From Segetibacter sp. (GTDB lineage Bacteria; Bacteroidota; Bacteroidia; Chitinophagales; Chitinophagaceae): 32,000 nt of DNA. The translations under genes and the position numbers were made by a program. The notes under the pieces are model-generated. The model made no database searches, had not been told where the DNA came from, and saw only the letters and a program-made list of their open reading frames with translations. The DNA is taken from the NCBI GenBank assembly GCA_021154405.1, contig JAJKIP010000122.1, positions 7,874 through 39,873 of the forward strand. The letters run 5' to 3'. Below are positions 19,220-26,967 of this stretch, in pieces (the first letter of the stretch is position 1; the number at the start of each line of letters is the position of its first letter).

Positions 19220-22078
19220 ATGAAACAATACTGTATGAGACTGCCAAAAAAACTGCTTCTAACGACAGTGGCCATCCTGGCCACTTATTTTTTTTATGGA
19301 CAATCTGTATCCGGAAAAGTAACTGATTCCAAAACAAATGAAGGCGTGGGAGGAGTTTCAGTAATGGTCCGCTCAACACGGGCAGGCGTTGTTACCACTG
19401 ACAATGGATCATTCACGCTCAAAGCCTCCGCATCAGATGTTCTTGAAGTCAGCAGGATCGGTTATAAAACTATTTCGGTCAATGTAAATGGTCAGAGTTA
19501 TATCTCCATTTCATTTGAAAGCACAATGGAGGAACTGGGTCAGATAGTATTGGTTGGTTCCCGGCGCGGAGGACGGGTTAGAACAGAATCTCCCGTACCT
19601 GTTGATGTCATTAATATTAATCAGGCAGGAGCGCCTACTGCCAAAATGGACCTTACCTCTATTTTGAATTCTGCTGCTCCTTCTTTCAATTATAACAAAC
19701 AGAGCGGTGCAGATGGTGCAGATCATATTGATTTAGGCACATTGCGCGGACTTGGACCAGATCAGACGCTTGTATTGATCAATGGAAAGCGCCGTCACCA
19801 GACAGCTTTTGTTGGTTTGTTTGGTACAAGAGGACGAGGTAATTCAGGTGCTGATCTAAATGCATTTCCACAGTCAGCTGTTGATCGCATTGAAATATTA
19901 AGAGACGGCGCATCTGCGCAATATGGTTCCGATGCAATGGCCGGTGTTATCAATATCATTCTGAAAAAAGATGTAAATCACTGGAATATCAATGCAGGCT
20001 GGTCTGGTTATTATGACAAAAAATTCAATGCTTATGAATCAAGAGAGGGTAATCAATACTATTATAGTCACCCCATTGATGGCGGCACATTTGCATTATC
20101 AGTTAACAATGGTTTCAAACTGGGGAATAAAGGAGGGCTGATCAATATCTCATTGGATTTCTTAAAACAGGCCAAGACATATAGGCAGGTAGGTGATACC
20201 AATATCATGACCAATCCTGATGCCCTGTTATTAAACAGCGGTCGCCGTTCCTTTGGGGATGGATCTGTTACCAGCGGCGGCGGCATGTTTAACATGGAAC
20301 TGCCGGCTGGAAAAGCTACTTTCTATTCTTTTGGCGGATATAATTACAAGGCATCAGATGCCTTTGCCTATACCCGAAACTGGAGCGCAAGACCAGACAG
20401 GTTCCCTGTAAATAACAGCGGCGCAATAATTTATGTGCCTTCCATCATGCGTACTTCATCAGATGGAGAACAATATTACAATCCCCATATTCAAACTCAT
20501 ATTACCGATTATTCGCTGGCAGCAGGATTCAAGGGGTTATCCAGTGGTGGCTGGAGCTGGGATGCAAGCAATACGCTTGGAAGAAATGATTTCCATTATT
20601 ACGGTGATAAAACATTCAATGCTTCCATACTTAACTCGGTTGCCCAGACACATTTTGATGATGGTGGATTTAATTTTCTTCAGAATACAACCAATTTTGA
20701 TTTAAGTAAATCATTCGAGACTGCATCCCGCACAAGCACATTCGCTGTGGGAGTAGAATTCAGGTATGAACGCTATTCCATTTACAAAGGAGAAGAAGCT
20801 TCCTATAAGGGATACAGCAATCCATTTGACCAGGCGCCCGGATCACAGGGCTTTCCAGGATTTAGTCCTTCAGATGTGGTGAACGCAAACCGCACTGTGG
20901 AAGGTGTTTATGTGGATTATGAAAATTCCTGGAAATCTGGATGGCTGTTGGATCTTGCAGCCCGGTATGAACATTATTCGGATTTCGGTTCAGTAGTTAC
21001 CGGAAAGGCAGCTGCCCGCTATAAGATCTCTCCCAAATTCAATTTAAGAGGATCAGTGAGTACAGGTTTCAGGGCACCTTCCCTGCAACAGATCAATTTC
21101 AGCAATACGCTTACTTCCTTCAGTGGCGGCCAACTGGTGCAGTCTCGTATTGCGCGTAATGATGATGCCATCACACAGGCAGCTGGCATTCCTGAGCTGA
21201 AAGATGAAACATCTTTAAACGGAAGCCTTGGCTTTACCTGGAAAGCAATAAATAATCTGACGTTTACGCTAGACGGATATATGGTGAAAGTAAAAGACCG
21301 CATTGTATTATCCGGTTTATTCAGTGCGGACGACAATTCATTACCGAATGATTTCACAACTGCACTTGATAATATCGGCGTATCCACTGCGCAGTTTTTC
21401 GACAATGCAGTGAACACTACCAATTATGGGATTGATATCGTAGTAGATTATAATAAAAGATGGCTGAACAAATCATTCAGGGCACTGCTTACAGGCAATA
21501 TCCAGGATATGAGCATTGATGAGGTGCATGTACCATCCAAATTGAATGACAGCTATCTCCATCGCAAAACATTCTTCAGTGATCGTGAAGAAGCATTCCT
21601 TATCTCTTCTGCCCCGAAAGCAAAACTGGCTTTGAACCTTGATTATACCTGCAACAAGTTAGGCGGCGGGGTTCATTTCATTTATTATGGCAAGATGGCA
21701 ACGAAAGGTTTTGGATGGACAGGATTGGCAAGTCGCGCTGGTACAGGCGGTCCCGGTGACCCCGATATCTCTGGAAGCTTTACAGGAATTGATCCTTATG
21801 TGGATATAGATGGTTATAGCGACCAGGTGCATGTAACTCCCGAGGTCTTCAGATACGGAGGTAAAGTAACAACCGATATTTTCCTCTCCTATACCTTCTC
21901 AAAAAAAGCAACACTGTTCATAGGAGCAGATAACTTATTCAATGTTCATCCTGATTTTGCAGCGGTGCCCAATGCCCGTTACGAATCATTCGACAATGAG
22001 ACAGGCGGCCCCTGGGAATCTGTACAAATGGGATTTAATGGTTTGCGACTTTTCAGCAGACTTGTACTGAATTTTTGA
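19220..22078 (+). CDS. TonB-dependent outer-membrane receptor with N-terminal CarboxypepD_reg domain
   Basis: Signal peptide, then SGKVTDSKTNEGVGGVSVMV...GSFTL (CarboxypepD_reg). A plug domain follows (DLGTLRGLGPDQTLVLINGKR...VDRIEILRDGASAQYGSDAMAGVINIILK), then a long beta-barrel ending in a terminal Phe (LVLNF). No SusD-like gene follows. Confidence 0.9.
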   Translation: MKQYCMRLPKKLLLTTVAILATYFFYGQSVSGKVTDSKTNEGVGGVSVMVRSTRAGVVTTDNGSFTLKASASDVLEVSRIGYKTISVNVNGQSYISISFESTMEELGQIVLVGSRRGGRVRTESPVPVDVININQAGAPTAKMDLTSILNSAAPSFNYNKQSGADGADHIDLGTLRGLGPDQTLVLINGKRRHQTAFVGLFGTRGRGNSGADLNAFPQSAVDRIEILRDGASAQYGSDAMAGVINIILKKDVNHWNINAGWSGYYDKKFNAYESREGNQYYYSHPIDGGTFALSVNNGFKLGNKGGLINISLDFLKQAKTYRQVGDTNIMTNPDALLLNSGRRSFGDGSVTSGGGMFNMELPAGKATFYSFGGYNYKASDAFAYTRNWSARPDRFPVNNSGAIIYVPSIMRTSSDGEQYYNPHIQTHITDYSLAAGFKGLSSGGWSWDASNTLGRNDFHYYGDKTFNASILNSVAQTHFDDGGFNFLQNTTNFDLSKSFETASRTSTFAVGVEFRYERYSIYKGEEASYKGYSNPFDQAPGSQGFPGFSPSDVVNANRTVEGVYVDYENSWKSGWLLDLAARYEHYSDFGSVVTGKAAARYKISPKFNLRGSVSTGFRAPSLQQINFSNTLTSFSGGQLVQSRIARNDDAITQAAGIPELKDETSLNGSLGFTWKAINNLTFTLDGYMVKVKDRIVLSGLFSADDNSLPNDFTTALDNIGVSTAQFFDNAVNTTNYGIDIVVDYNKRWLNKSFRALLTGNIQDMSIDEVHVPSKLNDSYLHRKTFFSDREEAFLISSAPKAKLALNLDYTCNKLGGGVHFIYYGKMATKGFGWTGLASRAGTGGPGDPDISGSFTGIDPYVDIDGYSDQVHVTPEVFRYGGKVTTDIFLSYTFSKKATLFIGADNLFNVHPDFAAVPNARYESFDNETGGPWESVQMGFNGLRLFSRLVLNF

Positions 22079-22098
22079 CCTTCACATGCGTGCATTGT

Positions 22099-22135
22099 AA
22101 AAAATCCGGAACTTGCTTCCGGATTTTTTGTTTTT
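22099..22135 (+). terminator. rho-independent terminator-type hairpin
   Basis: aaaaaa-TCCGGAA-cttgc-TTCCGGA-ttttttgttttt: a perfect 7-bp GC-containing stem and a 5-nt loop, with an A-tract before and a T-tract after. It starts 21 nt after the receptor stop codon. Confidence 0.8.
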
Positions 22136-22147
22136 AAACCTTATAAA

Positions 22148-23044
22148 ATGCGTAGACTATTATTATCAGCAATTATTCTGTCTCTTGTAATTATTACCAA
22201 TGCCCAATCAAAGATTGTGGTATTTCAGTCCGATTTTGGATTAAAGGACGGAGCGGTATCTGCCATGAAGGGTGTGGCAATGGGAGTATCACCTGATCTG
22301 AAACTGTATGATCTTACCCACGAGATACCCGCTTATAATATCTGGGAGGGAGCTTATCGTTTAATGCAGACAGTTCCTTATTGGCCGGAAGGAACAGTGT
22401 TTGTATCAGTAGTTGATCCCGGTGTTGGCACCAGCCGTAAATCGGTAGTGGCTAAAACAAAGACCGGTCAGTATATCGTTACACCTGACAATGGAACACT
22501 TACTTTAATTGCCGAAACTCTGGGCATTGCAGAACTGAGAGAGATCGATGAAGCAGTGAACCGCAGAAAAAATAGTGAGAAATCATACACCTTCCATGGC
22601 AGGGATGTTTATGCTTATACTGGCGCCCGTCTTGCTTCTGGTGTAATAAGCTATGAACAGGTTGGGAAAGCATTGCCGGCTGAACCTGTGATGATCTCCT
22701 ATCAGAAAGCAACACTTGAAGGAAAGGTGATAAGAGGAAATATCCCGGTATTGGATATTCAATATGGAAATGTTTGGACGAATATCGGTGCTGATCTTTT
22801 TAATCAATGGAAATTAAGACCTGGCGACAAACTGCAGGTACGCATTTTCAATAACAAACAGAAAGTGTATGAGGGCGTTATGCCCTATGTTGAAACTTTT
22901 GGTGCTGTTGCCAGGGGTAAACCCCTGGCCTATTTAAACAGTTTACTTCAATTATCCTTCGCACTTAATATGGATAGCTTTGCAAACGTGCACCATGTAA
23001 GCAGTGGAAGTGCATGGAGTGTAGAAGTGAGCAGGGCCAATTAG
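22148..23044 (+). CDS. DUF62 / SAM hydroxide adenosyltransferase family protein with an N-terminal signal peptide
   Basis: KIVVFQSDFGLKDGAVSAMKGVAMGV matches the family's N-terminal TDFGxxDxYVGxMKGV block, and VSVVDPGVGT plus PDNGTLT are also typical. It is preceded by MRRLLLSAIILSLVIITNAQS (n-, h- and c-regions of a Sec signal). Confidence 0.75.
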   Translation: MRRLLLSAIILSLVIITNAQSKIVVFQSDFGLKDGAVSAMKGVAMGVSPDLKLYDLTHEIPAYNIWEGAYRLMQTVPYWPEGTVFVSVVDPGVGTSRKSVVAKTKTGQYIVTPDNGTLTLIAETLGIAELREIDEAVNRRKNSEKSYTFHGRDVYAYTGARLASGVISYEQVGKALPAEPVMISYQKATLEGKVIRGNIPVLDIQYGNVWTNIGADLFNQWKLRPGDKLQVRIFNNKQKVYEGVMPYVETFGAVARGKPLAYLNSLLQLSFALNMDSFANVHHVSSGSAWSVEVSRAN

Positions 23045-23068
23045 CATTCGCAGTATCATTATACTCGT

Positions 23069-23101
23069 CAAACAGGTCTTGGCTTCGCCATGACCTGTTT
23101 G
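23069..23101 (+). terminator. hairpin downstream of the DUF62 gene (possible terminator)
   Basis: A perfect 10-bp inverted repeat, caaacaggtc ... gacctgtttg, with a 13-nt loop. It starts 25 nt after the stop codon. The trailing T-tract is weak (catttggg). Confidence 0.45.
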
Positions 23102-23238
23102 CATTTGGGACTGTTAGTAAGCCCGCACTTTTACAGAACTTATCCACAAGCCGGCTCCCGAATGGAAAATGCCCTCCCCGCCTTTAAAATAATTGTAAAT
23201 TCAGTTCACATAAATTCCAAACTCCAATAGATACTGTT

Positions 23239-24282
23239 ATGAACAACGCTACTATCAACTTCCCGAGTATTTTCGAAACAGCCTTCGGAAATACTGAAAA
23301 CTCAGCAAAAGATCTTCTTAATGGTTTAAAAATTAAACGAGGCGAGAAATGGTATTTGGTTGGCAACCTCGCCAGGAAAGGAGCTGTTAGTCCCGGGCGC
23401 GTAGTTAATGCCGCGCCAACTGAAGAAGATTTTGATATCCTGTTCCGCTCAGCCATTACCAATGTCGTAGAAAAAGTAGAGCATCCTTTTGTAATAACTC
23501 TTGGTTTCCCTTTCTCCACATACAACGTTTATAAATCAGCTGCGGAGCATTACCTGGCCAAACGCCATTTCATGCTGGATTATGATACAAGGACTTTTAA
23601 TCTCAAAGGAAGCATTCGCAAAAACACATTCATTGTTGATCAATACGAAGTGATCCCTGAAATAGTAGGTGGTATTATCGGACTGAAAAAAATATTACCG
23701 CATGCAGAAAATGAAAACTTCATTGCCTTAAGCTTCGGTTTTGGCACCATGGAAGGAGCATTGGCAAGTTCAGATGGCCTGGTGCATCGTACCAATTTTA
23801 GCTCTCACGGTATTCGCTATGTGATCAATAACCTCGGTCGTGAATTAAGCCAGAAATATTTCCTGGAAATGAAGAATGAATATCAGCTGGATGAAGCTTT
23901 CATCAAAGGATCATTGTTTACCAACAGGAAACGCATCGATCTGACAGATTTGAAAAAAGAATTATTGACCCAGTATTATAAAGAGGTTGTATCACCTCAA
24001 TTGCGTAAACATTTTACCGATGCTGACCTTGAAAGTTGCGACAAGATCTATCTCATGGGTGGTGGCGCCAATTATACTGAATTGTATGATGCAATAAGGG
24101 AAGAGTTCGCCGGATTTATCCCGGTAGAAGTAGCTCCACATCCAGAATACATTATCAGTATTGGTTACCTCTACAATTCATTGAGGATTTCAGATTCAAA
24201 GGCAGCACGCTGTATAGGCATTGACTTAGGTAATGCCACTACAGCAGTTTCCTATTTTGAAAACCTGCCAGCGAACCAGTAG
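23239..24282 (+). CDS. actin-like ATPase (ParM/StbA/Alp-type)
   Basis: VIPEIVGGIIGL precedes a phosphate-2-like FIALSFGFGTMEGA. An adenosine motif KIYLMGGGANY is present, and the C-terminal end of the fold reads PHPEYIISIGYLYN. The extra C-terminal IGIDLGNATTAVSY is covered in the findings. Confidence 0.65.
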   Translation: MNNATINFPSIFETAFGNTENSAKDLLNGLKIKRGEKWYLVGNLARKGAVSPGRVVNAAPTEEDFDILFRSAITNVVEKVEHPFVITLGFPFSTYNVYKSAAEHYLAKRHFMLDYDTRTFNLKGSIRKNTFIVDQYEVIPEIVGGIIGLKKILPHAENENFIALSFGFGTMEGALASSDGLVHRTNFSSHGIRYVINNLGRELSQKYFLEMKNEYQLDEAFIKGSLFTNRKRIDLTDLKKELLTQYYKEVVSPQLRKHFTDADLESCDKIYLMGGGANYTELYDAIREEFAGFIPVEVAPHPEYIISIGYLYNSLRISDSKAARCIGIDLGNATTAVSYFENLPANQ

Positions 24283-24291
24283 GATTTATTA

Positions 24292-24756
24292 ATGAAACTC
24301 GACAGCCTGTTAAGCTCCAGTCATCGCAAGGACAGCTTCCTTATCCCAAAAGAGATGATGATCACCGGTACGATCCAGACGGATTCACCGGGACAGATAG
24401 CTGGTATAATCAATGGTGATGTGCTCACTAAAAGCCGGATCATTATTCTCAAAGAAGGAATTATCAATGGAGATGTAACAGCCGATGAATTGCTTGTTTA
24501 TGGAAAGATCAATGGCCATGTGAAGAGTTGTAACAAGATCAACGTTCAGAGCGGTGCTGTCATTAAGGGAAATATCAACACAGCGGAGATCCATATGGAG
24601 AAGAATGCAAAGATTGGTGGCATCATCACCAAATCAGACGTTCAGACCCTGACCAAAAACAAAGAAACTCCAAAGAAAAAGGAGACTCCTGCTTCAACTA
24701 TTGAACCGGTCCCTGCCGCCAAAGATCAGAACACGGAGCGGCAGGCCTGGTTCTGA
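24292..24756 (+). CDS. bactofilin (DUF583 polymer-forming cytoskeletal protein)
   Basis: Repeating beta-helix pattern ITGTIQTDSPGQIAGIINGDVLTKSRIIILKEGIINGDVTADELLVYGKINGHVKSCNKINVQSGAVIKGNINTAEIHMEKNAKIGGII, plus a Lys/Pro-rich disordered tail. The start lies 9 nt after the actin-like gene's stop. Confidence 0.8.
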   Translation: MKLDSLLSSSHRKDSFLIPKEMMITGTIQTDSPGQIAGIINGDVLTKSRIIILKEGIINGDVTADELLVYGKINGHVKSCNKINVQSGAVIKGNINTAEIHMEKNAKIGGIITKSDVQTLTKNKETPKKKETPASTIEPVPAAKDQNTERQAWF

Positions 24757-25030
24757 ATTAGAAATTCTCTCCTTCTTATCAAATAAGACAGGAGTTATAA
24801 AAGGCCATAAACCGTTTCTGAAATTTTATTGATGCCTGGATGACAAACAGGATCTGTAACATTGTTCCCCATTTTCGGCCTATTTGGCATTCAATGAGCC
24901 GGTTTTATTTAATAGTATTCACTTATTTTATCCCAGACACAGGATTTTTATAATCGGTGATTTCTTCCCGGCATGTAAAAAATCGGCTCCCGGTTTTCTC
25001 GCAGTCTGCTTGCAGTTTCTTGTGGCCTTG

Positions 25031-25063
25031 TTCGACTCTCATTCGACTCTCATTCGACTCTAA
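25031..25063. repeat. three tandem copies of an 11-bp unit (ttcgactctca)
   Basis: ttcgactctca ttcgactctca ttcgactctaa, read directly from the sequence. A degenerate inverted copy lies at 25139-25166. Confidence 0.85.
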
Positions 25064-25138
25064 GTCGATTTTCAGTTGTATAAGAGTCAATTTTCAACAG
25101 AATGCCAGTTTGTCCTGTTCGCTCGCCGGCGAAGCCGG

Positions 25139-25166
25139 GTCGAATGAAAGTTGAATGAGGTCAAAA
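25139..25166. repeat. degenerate inverted copy of the 11-bp tandem array
   Basis: The reverse complement, ttttgacctcattcaactttcattcgac, aligns to ttcgactctcattcgactctcattcgac with one gap and a few mismatches. Confidence 0.6.
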
Positions 25167-25226
25167 TAAGAACCCATAAGCTTCCCTTAAGGGCACAGGT
25201 ATCAATCAGGATACTGCTGCTGACCC

Positions 25227-26054
25227 TCACTCAAACACCACTGTCTTATTGTTGTAAACAAACACGCGGTCTTCAAACACCATTTGCAGGGCCCTCGCTA
25301 ATACCGCCTTTTCAATTTCCTTCCCTGCCTTCACCATATCATCTGCAGTATAGCCGTGGTTAACAGGAATGATCTGCTGTTCAATAATAGGACCTTCATC
25401 TAAATCATTATTTACAAAATGAGCTGTAGCGCCAATCAGTTTAACACCGCGTAACCAGGCCTGCCGGTAAGGACTGGCACCTACAAAGGCTGGAAGAAAG
25501 GAGTGATGAATATTGATGATGCGATTGGCAAATTGCGCTACAAATTGAGGGGAAAGTATGCGCATGAATTTAGCCAGCACCAGGTAATCACAATTGTACT
25601 CCGAAATAAGTGATAGTATCCTGCTTTCAAATTCATTCTTCTCAATATTTTCATGAGATATAAAATGAAAGGGCACTTCAAATCTTTGACAGATATCCTG
25701 TAGGTGGTCATAATTCCCTATGACGCATTGTAGTTTTGAACCAAGGGTATTGAAGTGATGACGTACCAGGATATCACCGAGGCAATGATGCTCTTTGGTA
25801 ACCAGCAGAATGATCTTTTTCTCCGGATCGGGATTGATCTGCACTATTGCATTTGAGGGAAGTACGGACTTTAATCTTTGCAATAAGACCGCGCTGTCCT
25901 CATTCTGTTTGGCTACAAGCCGCGTAAAGAAAAGATTGGCAGTAGTATCCACATGTTCGCGCATGGAAATGATATTACAGTCAGCAGCAGCCATTACACT
26001 GGCAATTGCTGCTACCAGGCCCACCTTATCTACACATTGAATAAGGACGATCAA
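25227..26054 (-). CDS. purU: formyltetrahydrofolate deformylase
   Basis: N-terminal ACT domain (IVLIQCVDKVGLVAAIASVMAAADCNII), then a formyltransferase core (DYLVLAKFMRILSPQF...IINIHHSFLPAFVGASPYRQA...GATAHFV...LDEGPII). The predicted start is a TTG codon. Confidence 0.9.
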   Translation of the reverse strand: MIVLIQCVDKVGLVAAIASVMAAADCNIISMREHVDTTANLFFTRLVAKQNEDSAVLLQRLKSVLPSNAIVQINPDPEKKIILLVTKEHHCLGDILVRHHFNTLGSKLQCVIGNYDHLQDICQRFEVPFHFISHENIEKNEFESRILSLISEYNCDYLVLAKFMRILSPQFVAQFANRIINIHHSFLPAFVGASPYRQAWLRGVKLIGATAHFVNNDLDEGPIIEQQIIPVNHGYTADDMVKAGKEIEKAVLARALQMVFEDRVFVYNNKTVVFE

Positions 26055-26130
26055 TTTACTTTTTGGATAAATTTAAAAAATACTGATCAGGATTTATTGG
26101 ATTTCGGTTTTTCATTCAGGAATAAACAGA

Positions 26131-26967
26131 CTAGAACCGGATATTCTCAATATGGATGCCTGTAATGAACCAGAATCCAGAGGCTTTATCCCGATGCATA
26201 TCCACTTTCCAGTTGCCGGTCAGTTTATGCCATTCTACTCCCGTGAACATAGACACCACATACCTACCAGTCACCTGCGAATCCTTTTCACCTAACTCGC
26301 AGGCCACTTCAGTGATCTCACTTAATTGCAGATCTTCATAAACTGATTTAAATCTGTCGATCAGTTTCTTTATTTCAGTTGCTGTCAAAGGATAATGCTC
26401 ATTGAGCCTCAAATTCTTTCCGCTGATCTGTTCCGTCCATTCCGTGGCTTCTTTGCTCAAAATATAAATTATACACTCTTCCAGTGCCAGACGCATATTC
26501 TCGTAAACAGGATCCGGGTGAAACTGATCATAAACAAAACCATAGATAACCCCAGGAACTCTTGCATCTTCCATTTCCATGTAAAACATTTCATCAACGG
26601 CAAAACGGTAAAGATCACGAATAGTAACGTTGGGACTACAAACGCCAATGCTGATTCCGTGTATAAACAGGTAGTTGGCCAGTTCCATCCATGCAGTTTC
26701 CATTTCATAGTCTGGAATTTTATTAGCCGGTCTGAAATGAGTTGGCCTTCCGATCCTGTCATACACTCTTATCATTTTCTGCTGTTCTACCTGCTTTTCA
26801 AAATCAATGATATCTTTTAGAAACCGGTTTTCTTCAGCAGGGTTGGCAACATAATTACCCTGGGGCCCGAATTGAGCTCCTCTTTCCAACATTAATTTCA
26901 TCTTGAGGTAATCGTTTTCTGCATCAATTTTTTCCTGTCCATGCAGGTGTGAAAAATCATTTTCCAT
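26131..26967 (-). CDS. conserved hypothetical protein (no recognisable domain)
   Basis: A 278-aa uninterrupted ORF with protein-like composition. I recognise no motifs. The antisense ORFs overlapping it are shorter and low-complexity. Confidence 0.6.
   Translation of the reverse strand: MENDFSHLHGQEKIDAENDYLKMKLMLERGAQFGPQGNYVANPAEENRFLKDIIDFEKQVEQQKMIRVYDRIGRPTHFRPANKIPDYEMETAWMELANYLFIHGISIGVCSPNVTIRDLYRFAVDEMFYMEMEDARVPGVIYGFVYDQFHPDPVYENMRLALEECIIYILSKEATEWTEQISGKNLRLNEHYPLTATEIKKLIDRFKSVYEDLQLSEITEVACELGEKDSQVTGRYVVSMFTGVEWHKLTGNWKVDMHRDKASGFWFITGIHIENIRF

Noticed and set aside
23102-23238. parC-like centromere iterons upstream of the actin-like gene.
   Set aside because: The only repeat is a trivial duplication of taaattc. 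There is nothing resembling the multiple 10-11-bp iterons of parC-type sites.
25131-25166. The tRNA T-arm-like string gggtcgaatga, and the possibility of a tRNA or tRNA fragment in the spacer.
   Set aside because: No flanking complementary arms, no acceptor stem and no anticodon-arm geometry could be drawn on either strand. The string is part of the inverted 11-bp repeat.
24957-25363. Two track ORFs (24957-25154 and 25151-25363) in or near the long convergent spacer, as possible small proteins.
   Set aside because: They start with GTG and TTG respectively and are rich in Ser/Cys/Leu/Phe. One is built on the 11-bp tandem repeats and the other runs antisense into purU. There is no motif support.
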